NCBI GenBank assembly: GCA_965178125.1 | Contig: OZ237746.1 | Span: 868,001-932,000 of the forward strand | Length of the DNA stretch: 64,000 nt | Source: Bilabrum cf. latius | Taxonomy: Eukaryota | Direction of reading: 5' to 3' | In this document: positions 1 to 11,465 of the stretch, piece after piece | How the letters are laid out: the number at the start of each line of letters is the position of its first letter | How positions within the stretch are numbered: position 1 is the stretch's first letter | Position numbers and translations under genes: made by a program | The notes under the pieces: model-generated | What the model saw: the letters and a program-made list of their open reading frames with translations, nothing else | What the model was told of the DNA's origin: nothing | Databases searched by the model: none

Positions 1-3000
1 TGGACCTCGGACGGGCGGCCCCCGCTGGAGCTGGTGGAGGCAGAGGCCACGAGGGCGCTCTTCGTGCGGTTCCTCAGGGAACAAGAGGTCGAGCTGGCCG
101 AGACGGCGATGAGGAAATCCAGGGCAGCCAGCAGGCGGGCGGCATCCAGGGCGGGCGTGGGCGGGCCAGGGCCCGGATCCGTCTCAATGCCCAGGGCTCC
201 ATCTGCCGCCGCCTCCATGGTCTCGTCGTCGACGGTGAGGGGCGCCACCGCCACCGCAGCCGTGCAGCTGCCCGGGGGCCTGGCGCCGCGCGAGAGGGAC
301 GCACTCGTCAGGCGGCACGTGACCGGTCGGTTCGTGTGCGATCTGGGGGCGGCGCATCGGGGGTCGGGGCGGCGGCAGCGCACGATAGAGCTCAAGAACG
401 TGGGCGGGCGGGCGGCCAGTGTCACCGCCGACACGGGCCGGATGGCAGAGCTGGGCATGCGCATGGACCCCGGTAAGGTGGCCAGGCTGGCACCCGGCGA
501 CAGCGCCAGTGTGACGATTGCGTACCAGGTGCCCCGCCGCGCCAAGCTTGGCGTCCACGAGATCGAGGCCGTGCTGAGCTGCCCGGGGGGGCCCTCGGCC
601 GTGCTCGTGGTGAGGCTGCACGTGACGGAGCCCGCGCTGCAGGTGTACCCCAGGGTGCTGGACTTCGGGTGCATTGCACTGGAGCACGAGCGGATCGAGC
701 CGGTGCTGCTGATCAACCCGACCCCCCTGCCGGTGCAGTGGGAGAGGGGCCAGCTGACGACTCTGTCGCCGGACAAGAAGGAGGAGGGCGAGCTGTTCCA
801 GGTAGACCCCCCCGAGGGCGGCATCGTGCCGGCCAACGGGGCCTCACTCGTCACACTGAGGTTCGCGCCCACGCCCCGGCTGGCGATGAAGCCCCCGCCA
901 AAGGCGAAAAGCAGGGGGGCGCGCACCGCCAGCCGGGGAACACGTTCGGGGGGGGTAAGGGACGCGGCAAGCGGGCGCCACCGCCCTGCCGCTGTGGCGG
1001 GGATCTGCCTCCGGTTGCGACCGGTGGGCGCCCCCGCCGGGGCCGCCTCCCAGATGCCCAAGAAACTGACTCCCCCGAAGGAACTGACCACGGGCGGACA
1101 CGGGCCCACCGGCGGGCCGGGCCCCGGCGCCACCCAGGCTACCCCCCTCGTGACTGCTCCCCTCCTGTGGGCAAGGGGAGCCACCGAGCTGCTGTCCGTG
1201 CAGGTGGACCCCCCGCGCCTGGACCTCGGCCACGTGCTGCCTGCGGGCGGCAGGGTGGTCAAAGGCGAAGGTGGCGAGGGTGGTCCGTCCAGCGGTGCCG
1301 GCGGTCCGCCAGGAAGCGGGGAAGCGGCTTCCTCATCGTCCAGCGATGGATCCGCCCCTTCGCCTCCGGGGCCCTACGACGCACACGCGCTCGTCACACT
1401 GCGGAACCCCTCCGATTCCCGCTGGATGGAGGTGGCGGCGCCGCAGCTCGACGCTCAGCTCCAAGCGGAACAGGCTGTGCTGTACGCCGCGGGGCAGCTG
1501 CTGGCTCGCGGGGTGGACCTGTCCTCTGGTTTGGACGAGGACGACACGGCTGGGCTGGGCGTCGGTATGGGAGGGGGAGGTGGCGGCGGTGGGCTGTTTG
1601 GCGGGATGTTGGGCGGTGGCGTGCTGCGGCTGCCCCCCCACGTGCCCGGGGAGGGCCTTCCGCGGTGGCTGCTGCAGGCAGTGAGCCAGGCGGGGCAGGA
1701 ACAGGGGCAGGAGGCCGGGGGTGCTGGCGGGGGCATGGAGCCTCCTGCCTTCAGAGGAGCTGCTGAATAGGAGGATTAGCAGGTGCAGGAGCTATAGGCG
1801 GGTGACACAGGAAACCGGGGCTAGGGTCCTCCTCCCCGGTGGCCCGCCGGTCCACCGGTGGATCGGTCCCCCCGCGCCGCAAGCTCCGCACTCCGTATGC
1901 TGGGCAAGGCAGTGACCGTGGCCGTGTCGGCGCCCCCCTGCGGAGGGGAGGGGCAGGTGGCCGGGGCGCTTGCAGACAAGCTGTCCGGGCCTGTGCTCAC
2001 CATCGACGGCTGCGTCGAGTGGGCCTTCCGTGGTGGCGCTGGGGAACAATTCAGGAGGCAGCTGCAGGTGCTGCAGGAGGGACTGGTGGACGCCGCCCTG
2101 GAGACGGGAGAGGCCGCGGCCAGGGAACAAGCCAGGGGCAGGGAGGCCGAGGAGGCCGCCGCGGCGGGCAAGGGTGCCAAGGGGAAAGGCAAGGACAAGG
2201 GGAAAGACAAGGGCAAGGGCAAGGGCGGCAAGGCCCCTGCGAACGAGGGTGAGGGCGATGGGTCATCGAGTGACTCTGCGGCCCAGGAAGCGCGCGCCGC
2301 CCGCAGGCTCAAGCTGCTCTCGCTGCCCCCCGCGCTGCCCCCTGCAGCGGTGGCTGCCTGTGTGAGGGCTCGCCTCTTCGCGATGGACTGCAGTCGCGGC
2401 GCCGTGTTTAGCGGAACCTCCACTCGGTACGCCTACATCGGGCCCGAGGCTCCAGCACCAGCAGCAGACTCCCCAGCGCCCATGGAAGACGATGTCCCGC
2501 AGTAGGACGAGGGCAAGGGCAAGGGCAAGGGTGGCAAGTCCAAGGGCAAAGAAGGCAAAGAATCCCCCAGGGCAGGAGGGGACCAGCAGCAGGAGCTGGC
2601 CCGTGCTGCCACGCCTTTGACCACCCCCAGCGGCCCCTTTGGCCACTTCAAGATCGGCCTGGCCCAGTCGCCGGACCACGGGCCCGCCACGCCAGCAGAA
2701 GCTGCCGCCCAGCGCCGCGCCGGTGCCATGATCATCGCGGCTGCGGTGGGCTATCCCGGGCAGCTGGCAGGGATGGGGGGGCCCGGTTGCGCCGTGCATG
2801 TGCCTGGCGGTGCCGCTGGCGGCGCCCTTCGCTTGGTGCTGGATCTTCCAGGGAACAAGGAATTGGAGCCCGAGGGCAGGCCAGGCACCGGGGCACCCTA
2901 GTCAGCAGGCAGCAGCAGCAGCAGCAGCAACGCCGGGAAAGGGGGCAAGGGGAAGGACAAAGGTAAGGGGAAGTCACCCCGGGCCAGCGCCCGAGGGCAA

Positions 3001-6000
3001 GCAGCCGATGGGGACGAGGAAGAGAGCCAATCGGACAAGGCTCCCGCCCTCCCGTTCCGCCGAGAAGTGCCGCTCGACTGGCGATGCGCCTGGGTGCCTG
3101 CCGGCCCCTTGCGGGCCGTCCACGTCGCGATGCCGCGCGGCGCCTTGCGGAACCGAGCCGAGGACGCCCTGGACGAAGCGACTGCGGAGCTGGAAGAGCT
3201 GGAGGCCGAGCTCAGCCAGGCGGAGGCAGAGGCAGCGACTGCGGCAACAACTGGGGCTACGGGGGGTGCCATGGATGCCTCGGCAGGCAGCGCAGCAGCA
3301 GCAGCAGCAGGAGGTGCGGCCGGGGAGGGGCAGGGCGACTCATCCGGAGTCGAAAGTCCAGTCCTGGCATCGCTCAGGGCACGTCTGCAAGAGGCCAAGA
3401 GCAGGCGAGCCGACCTCGAGGCTCTCGCGCACTGGGCCGCAGGGGGGCTGGTGGCGGGTGCGGGGGGGGCCGGGGCGCAGGGAACAGGGCGAGAGGCGGC
3501 AGAGCGTGATGGCGAGGAGCAGCAGCCCGCTGTAGGCGGCGATGGGGAGCCCTCGGCTGCTCCAGTCCTCCCCTCTGTGGTGCTTTAGGCGATCGCATCG
3601 GAGTCGCTCCAGGAAGAGTGGCTGGACGCATGGCGCGTGGCGGTGGAGCGGGAGGCGGCCGCGAGAGGCTCCGTGCCTGCCCCCTTGCCTCCTTCTTCTT
3701 CTGCAATCGGAGCGGGGGAAGGCAAGGAACAGGACCACGGAGAGGACGAGGCGGGGGCCGGGGCATGGGCCGCTTCCGCTTCCTCCCAGCAGCGGTCCCT
3801 GGCCACATCTGCGGGTGCCTCCGCCGTGGTGCACGTGGATGGCGCCGACGACCTGCCCGTGGTGGCGGCAGAGGCCTGGAACTCGATGCCGGCCGCCTCT
3901 CGGTCGGGTCGGCTGTCCGACTCGACCGCACTGCCCACGCACACGAGGTACCCGCTGCCCCCGGGCAAGACGGTGAGGCTGGTCAGGACGGCGGAGCTGC
4001 TCCCGGCCGGGCCAAGGTCTTCCGTCCCGGCCCGCGTGCGGCTACTCAAGGTGCTGGACAGCCTCGCGGATCGCCGGGAGGACGACGACGAGAACGACGA
4101 AGATAGAGAGGTCGAGGCCAAGGCAGCAGACGCAACGGCAGCAGATGCATCGGGGGAGGGCGAGGGCAAGCAGGACGACGAGGAGGATGCAGGGGGCGAA
4201 GCAGGCGCAGGCAGGAGACACTCGCCGCACTCGTCACAACTGGAAGACATCGAGCCGGGCACGTTGCTATCCAGGGAACAAGTGGCCCTGCTGCTTGGGG
4301 AACAAGCAACGGCCTCTAGGGAGGGCGCGCCGCAGGGGCCCGCCCGATGGGTGCTCCCCCCGGGGGGCGAGGCCCGGGCGGTGCTCCGGTTCGAGTCGGC
4401 GGGGGAGGGGTCCTTCTCGGAGCAGCTGCCGCTGGAGGTGCTGGGGCAGCCGCGGGTGGGGACGGGCGGCGCCTCTGTTCTATCGGTGCGCGCGGATGTG
4501 AGCATGCCGCGGATCAGCGGAGACCCCCGTAACGTGTTCATGCGGCACGCGAGGTCCCTGCCCGGCCCGGGGAGGGCCCCCCTCAGGATGCGGTGGGTGC
4601 AGTCCGCGGGCGAGTACGCCTTTGGCCCCTGCGCCCTGGCGGTGGGCGCCCCCACAGAGGGGGGGGAATGGACCCCCGAGGCGGTGGCCAGGGCGAGGGA
4701 GGCAGCCCCCCACCGCTTCGAGACGGTGCGGATCACCAACACCGGATCTTTCCCCGCCCTAGTGAGGGCCTCGCTGGTGGCCAAAGAGGACGGGTACGGT
4801 TGCGACCGGGGGGCCGCTCCGGTGCCCGCGCTCGCCGGGGCGGCGGCCATCGTCCGTGCGGAACCGCCGTTGGTCCCGACCCCACTGCCGCAGGGCTGCG
4901 ATGGCGTGTTCCCTGGGGAACACGGGGCCCGGGTGGTGGTGCCCACGGGTGCCGACGAGGAGGAGAAGCAAGTGGGGAGCATGCTGCCTGCAGTGGCCGT
5001 GCTTGCGGACGGCAGGCCGGGTGCCCAGGCCGATGCTGCGGAGGCACAGGAAGGAGGGGCGGCTGATGGCGCGGCAGGGGGGGGAGGGCCCAGGGCAGAC
5101 GCGGGGCCGACCTGCTTCGTGCTGGACGCCCGGGCTCTCGAGGGCCGCCGGCTGGCACCAGGCGAGACCGCCGAGATCGGGCTGGGCTTCTTCCCGCAGC
5201 ACCCGCGGGTCTACTCCAACGCGCTGTGCCTGTCGGTGGAGGGAAATCCGGAGCCCGTTGTGTTCCCCGTGTCGGGGGAGGGGCACAGGCCCTCCATGCG
5301 GGCACAGGGGCCGTGGCTCGAGCGGGCCGTGCCGCAGGCTGGTGCTGCCGGCGAGGACGACGAGGCTTCTGCTGCTGGTGCTGCCGGTGAGGGCGGCGAG
5401 GGAGTCGCCCGCACGGAGGAGCAGAGGGCCGTGGATGATGCCCTGGCCAGGCGGAACCGCGCGGCGCCGCCGATGCTCCCGGGCCGCGTGCCGGTGCTGG
5501 ACCTCGGCTCCGTGAGGACGGGCCAGGCGAGCGACGACCGGCTCCAGATCCGCAACGACAGCCAGCTGGGTCTCCTGTGGCGGGTGGCGTAGTGGTCGCT
5601 CGCTGCCCTTGCGGAGGGGGTCCGTGTGACCCCACTCGGGGGGGAGCTGGCCCCGGGGAGGGAGGCCGTGGTGTCCGTTCAGTTCGACGGCTCCATGCCC
5701 TGCGAGGTGAGGCAGGCCGTGGTGCTTGAGTACTGCGACGCGGAGGGCGGGTGGGGCGCCGCGGAGCGAGACCGCGCCTCCAGGGAACAAGCGGACGGTG
5801 GTGTGGACCTGCACCTGGGTGGGGATGGTGAGGACGGGGTTGCCTCGAAGGGGGGCGTGCAGGAGGGGCCCTGGGGGCCCGTGCACACGCTCCTGTGGGC
5901 GGCCGAGGAGGCTGGGTCGGCAGGCGGCCCGGGTGAAAATGAAGATGATGGTTCGGGTGCAGGTGGAGGCCTGGCCTCTCTGCCTCCACCCTCCCTCCGA

Positions 6001-7854
6001 GCTCGGCTCAGCCTTGCGTCCAAGGGGCTGGAGACGTACATGGCCACAGGGGACGCGGGGGCGCTGCGGGAGCCCGGTGCGGGAGGCGACGGCGATGGTG
6101 CGGGCGGGGGCAAGGACGATAAAGGGGGCAAAGGCAAGGCGAAGAAGGGAGGGGCTAAGGACAAGGGCAAGGCGAAGGGCAAGGACAAAGGGGGCAAGAA
6201 ATCGCCCCGCCCCGGCACCTCGGGCACCGCGGAGGGAACCGCCGCCGGGGCAGAGGAACCTTCGCTGCCGCTCGTATACCGCGGCCCCAGGCGTATCCGT
6301 GCCCTCCCCTTCTTCGTCGTTGCAGAGGCCTATCCCATCGGGGGAGACGTCGCCGTGGACACCCCCCGGGCGCCTGGAGCTCTGCATTGCGACAGCTCGG
6401 AGGCCGTGCGTGCTGGGGCGCTGCAGGCCGATTTCGGGACTGTGCGGGTGTGCGAGCACGCCGACAGGCAGCTGAGGATGCGGAACCTGGGGAAGCACCC
6501 CCTCGTGTGGGAGGTGCTGCTGCCTCCCCAGGGAACAGCGGCGAGGTGCGTCCGGCTTGGCCCTGCGGCGCTGCGGCCCCGTGGGGAGGCAGACGGCAAG
6601 CAGCAGGAGCAGGAGCAGGCGCAAGGGGCAGAAGGAGGCCGCGTTGCGCTGGTGCAATTTCCCGCGCCCCCCGCCCCTCCTGCGAGCGTGGTGCTGGGAC
6701 CTTCAGGTATCTCTGGAGGTGAAGGGGCGTCTGGGGACGGGGACGAGGGCAAGGGCGGGGGCAAGGGGAAGAGCAAGGGGGGCAAGGACAAGGGCAAGGG
6801 CAAAGGGAAGGGGGGCAAGGGAGGAGCCGCGGAGGGAGACGCAGATGCGGCCGCGGCAGGTGCGGCCAATGTCGTGCCAGAGGACTGGGCCCAGGGAACA
6901 ACGCAGCTGCTCCCTGCCGGAGGGTCGGCCCGCGGGGTGGTGGGTCCCGGGCTGGAGGCGTGCCTCCCCCTGCGGTTCCTGAGCACAGAGGGCCCGGCGG
7001 ACATGGGGGCCCGGCGGGACACGATGGTGGTGCGTCTGCTGGACAGCAGCACCGGCGAACTCCTGTCTGTGGTGCGCGTGGGGCTGTCAGGGCGCGCGTC
7101 CAACGGCGGCCTGGAGCTGCGGCCTCCTCGCGGGGTGCACTTCGGGCCTCAGATGTACGATACGTTCCTGGATCGAGCTCTGGAGGTGCACTCGGAGGGC
7201 GGGCATTGGGGCGGGCCCGTGAGGATCGTGCCGGCGGGGTCGGAGGCGCACGCGGCTGCGGTCCGGGCGGCCCATGCAGCCGCGCGATGGTGCCGGTACA
7301 CGGGGCATGGGGCGGGCGCCAGCGTGGCGATGGCTGCGATCTCCGCGGTGGATGCGGCGCTGGGGCTGGCCGGGGGGGGTGAGAGCGGGGACAAGGGGAA
7401 GAAGGGGGGGGGCAAGGACAAGGGCAAAGGGAAGGACAAAGGGAAGGGCAAAGGTAAAAGTAGTGGTGCCGACGGTGGGGCGGGGGAGGGCGGGGCAGTC
7501 GCTGGGGAGCCCCTGGAGGGGGGCGTGGAGCAGGGTCCCTTCTCGCTGTTCCCTGGGGTGGTGGAGCGCGTGGACTCGGAATCGCACGCGTCGGTCAAGG
7601 TGCGGTACCTGGCCAGGGGCGAGGGCGCGCACCACGGGCAATTCGTCGTCGTGGCGCCGGGGCTGCCGCTGGAGAGCGAGCCGAGGTTCGGTCGCGGGGG
7701 TGCGGCGTCTTCCGGTGCGGGCGGTGGCGTGGCTGGAGAAGGCGAGGCGCTCGGGCCGGACCCGTTCCCTGTAGTGCACGTGAGCGGGGAGTCGTGCGTG
7801 CCGCAGATCCTGTGCGGGCCGCCCCCGGACCTCGGTGACGAGGATGGCATGTGA
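1..7854 (+). CDS. HYDIN: HYDIN-like axonemal central-pair protein (5'-partial, TAG read as sense)
   Basis: ORFs 34-1770, 1858-2505, 2617-2901, 3067-3588, 3637-5592 and 5626-7854 are all in frame +1 and separated only by TAG (1768, 1777, 1795, 1822, 2503, 2899, 3586, 5590); the first TGA is at 7852. Repeated ASH/Ig-like motifs (LKNVG, LDFGCI, ITNTGSFPA, DFGTVRV, VHFGP) and the Hydin-like PRISGDPRNVF...YAFGP segment. Confidence 0.7.
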
Positions 7855-8051
7855 CGTAGGCTTGTGGTGAAGCACGTTTGAACCCTTCAATTACGAACTC
7901 GAACTGATTTTGTCGAATCTGCCTGGCGGTCAACACGGTGTGTGTGATGATCCGATCGGATCGGCTCGCTGTATGTGTTGCTTAGGTGTGGTCCACGAAG
8001 CAAAGCCGAATCAGGCATCCACCATGCTGCCAACTTTGTAATAAGTTCGAC

Positions 8052-9663
8052 ATGAGAGCTTGCATCAGTGGGGCGAGGCGGCTGTAGAAACTGCGCCTAC
8101 TACCCGTGGTTCGATCGAAGTACGGGTGCAGGCGACACCTGAACTCTGTTGCTCCCATTGCTCCCGATTTCCTCGGTGACGTATCAAATCACACTATTGA
8201 TGCGCTGTATGATGTGAGGATTCACCTGGACTCACGAAGAGCCTCAATTGCGACCTCGTTGCTGACGTCATCTCGTGCCTCTTGGCTGTTTGAAACGATG
8301 TAGAACCCTAGCCCATGCGTCGCCCCCCACGACACAGATTCTGTTCCATCCAAGAGGCGCGATGGTTCTGTCGGGAGCCGGGATCAGTACGGCCAGTGGG
8401 ATTCCCGATTACAGGTCTCCCAATCGGCCGGCGTACAAGCCTCTCCAAAACGCCGATTTCTTCCGGAAAGAATCCGTTCGCCGCCGGTACTGGGCCCGCA
8501 GCTCGCTAGGATACCGTAGATTATCCGCCGCCGAGCCGAACGGGGCGCATTTCCTCGTGGCAGCTCTGGAGGCGGCCGGCTGCGTGCGCTCGGTCATCAC
8601 GCAGAACGTTGACCGCCTGCACCAGCGCGCCGGCAGCCGCAACGTGCTCGAGCTGCACGGAACCGTGCACGAGGTCGCTTGCATGGACTGCGGGCTGGTC
8701 CTCTCCCGCCAGCAGCTGCAGCGGCGCATGGAATCGGAGAACGCAGGCTGGCAGCGCGCCTTTGCTCCCTCCCAGGAAGCCCGCCCCGACGGTGACGTGG
8801 AGCTCCCCGAGAGGGCCTACGAGACCTTCGTGATGCCCTCCTGCGGCGGGGCCGTGCCGCATGCGGGAGCGCTGAGGGACCTCAGGGAACACGTCCTCTC
8901 TTCCTCTTCATCTTCGCCCTCGCCCTCCCACGCCATCGTGGCGCAGTCGGTGCTGTCCCCACCCGCGGGGCCCCAGCCGTGCCGGGGGTTCCTGAAACCG
9001 AGCGTGGTGTTCTTCGGCGGGTCCGTGCCCAGGCGTGTGACGAGTGCGGCGTCCGACCTGGTGTCGGACGCGGGGTCCGTTCTGGTGCTGGGCTCCACCC
9101 TGGCCGTGCACTCGTCATACCGGCTGGCCCGGGCCGCGGCCAAAGAGGGCAAGCCGGTGGGGGTGGTGACCTACGGAGAAACCAGAGCCGACGCGCTGGA
9201 AGAGGCGGGCCCCGGCTCTGGGGTGGTCAAAGCGGCGGCCAGCGCCAGCGCGGTGCTGGAGCGGCTGCTGCTCCTGGGCCTGAAGAGGGGGGAGGGGAGG
9301 GCTGCTCGGGCGCTGGAGTGGCTGCGGGGGCACAGCGAAGAGGGGCTACACCCCATCCTGGAGGCGGAAGGGGCCGTGCAGTGGGTGCAGTGCACGAAGG
9401 CGCGCACCGGCTCCTCCTCGCAGTGGCCCGCTGGCGGGGAGGCTGTGCCGCCGGGCGCCGGGCCCGAAGCAGCCGCGTCATCCAGCCGGGCCGCGGCCGC
9501 CTCTATCCAGCACCACGGCCCGGGTGCAGTGCACCCGCCGGCCCCTCCCACCCCCGGCACGGACCCCGCTGTGCTCAGGGGAACGGCCGGCGTGCTCCCG
9601 GATGATGACCCGCCGCCCGTGCCGCACCTCGAGATGCGGCCGCATCTGCCCTGGTGCGTGTGA
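8052..9663 (+). CDS. SIRT4: NAD-dependent sirtuin, SIRT4-like; exon 1 8052-8213, GT-AG intron 8214-8337, exon 2 8338-9663
   Basis: Motifs GAGISTASGIPDYRSP, RRRYWARS, ITQNVDRLH, LELHG, CxxC, ARPDGDVEL and LKPSVVFFG. The Arg-rich N-terminus resembles a mitochondrial transit peptide and contains one TAG. The inferred intron joins the frames. Confidence 0.88.
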
Positions 9664-9825
9664 TGAGATGAGATTATTTCAGGAATTGCAATGTGCGGGA
9701 AGGTGGTATTGACGCTGGTGCCATTCAATGCACGGTATGATTGCACCCAGGCAAATCGCACCAAAGAGTGCGACTGGCCAAGCATGCCAAACCAGACCGA
9801 ATGCATGCCTCGTGTTCGAGCCCCT

Positions 9826-10091
9826 TCACGTCTCCTTTGACTTGCGCGGCTTCGAACCCCGCCTCTTCCGTGGCTTGCCATCGCTCTCTTCGCTGGCAGC
9901 CCCCGAGCCCTCTCCTTCTCCTCCTCCTTCTCCCTTGCCAGTGCCAGTGCCTTTGGTTGCCGCTTTTTTTACGTTCCATTGGGCCGTCTCTGCGTACGGG
10001 GAGGCTTCCCTCCCCTCCGTACCCTCACCACTGGCAGAGAGCCCTTGTCTCTCTCCGTCTCCCTTTCGCTTGTTCTCGCCCTTGTCCTTGC

Positions 10092-10126
<35 letters not shown>

Positions 10127-10794
10127 TCCTCGTCCTCGCCCTGGGCACGCCCGCCTTCCAGCGGCTGCATCGAGTCCCTGAGTGTCGCAAGCTCTTCGTC
10201 CGAAGCAGACCACGCCCATCGCAGGAAAAGAAGCACGATTCCACAGATTGACAGCCCGTTGAGTGCGAGATGCCCGCAGATGAGGGACCACGAGATGGAG
10301 GCGACCTGCGGCCTCATCTCGTCCATGTTCGCCTCGCGGGGCAGCCGGGCGGCTGCCTGCTCCGGTGGCATGACGAATGCTACTAACACGGTGACTAGCA
10401 CGATAAGCTGCAGAAAGCCGCCGACCACGAGGGCAGACTGCGTCTTGGCAGGCCCTACCACCACGCCACGCACCAGCCTTGACGCATGCTTCCAAGCGTC
10501 CATCACCGGCACAATCACCAATGGTACGACGCACATGATAAGATGAGATATGATGGGAGCTGCAGGCTTCCAAACGAAAAATACGCGGAGCAGATCAAGT
10601 GCCAGCAACGCATCGCTCGACTCTGAGGTGCCTTCGGCCTGCTAGTACACGAAAATGGACACTGATAGATCCACGATGCTCCACCCGAGGAACAGTCCAT
10701 TCAATAGGCATGTTGCTGCCAGTTCAACGGGTTCAAGCCGGGCGGATTTGATGATCTCAGCAACCTCCTTTTCCTCGACTGTCGGCTTGGTCAT
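9826..10794 (-). CDS. Hypothetical multi-pass membrane protein with charged low-complexity tail
   Basis: ATG at 10794 (MTKPTVEEK); one in-frame TAG at 10642 joins two ORFs; about four hydrophobic segments; ends at TGA. Confidence 0.6.
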
Positions 10795-11465
10795 AGTTGA
10801 AGCAGGACTGCGTGATAACGCTCCACTTTTTACACACACTGGCGACTGATGACTGTTAAATACCACTCTGAACACTAAATAGGTTCGTGTAGTGGCTCTC
10901 GGGCCAGTATGCCTGATTTGTTCGCCATGGTGGAGCTGCAGCACGGGTGCAGCGCATGATAGCGATGGCCAGGACCCACTGCAGTCGCCAGAGTCCAGGG
11001 TGCACCCTGCAGCCCACGGGCGAGCAGCAGACCAGACCACTGATAGGACAGTAGGCTGCTGCCAAAGACGCTGCAGCTTGTGAGCGGTGCAAACTTGGGG
11101 CCAGCGGGACTGAGCCGGCCCACGCTCGCTCTCGGCTCCCCTTCACTAGCCTACTGTAAAATGTCTGGGCACCACCGTCCGCAACATTGAGGTATCTGGC
11201 CGAGCTGTAATAGCTATAGCAGAAGAGGCCAAGCCAATGGTACTCATACTGATGCGGATGCAGTGACAGCTCCAACTCGAAGAACTTGCGACCGGCCGTT
11301 TGCGACCAAGCCGGCTGCTGCGCTGCACACCAAAAAGCTCCTCGTGGATCGGCAAGCGCGGCCCTAGTCTGGTCGTGTCGTTATCGTTGCCGCTAGAGAA
11401 ATATTGATTCCTTGTTTGATGATCTTGCGCGCTTGAGATTATTGGAAGACTACCCCAACACCAAG

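Noticed and set aside
2160-7460. Recurrent KGKDKGKGK segments as a mobile repeat
   Set aside because: They are in-frame low-complexity linkers with variable codons and no element boundaries.
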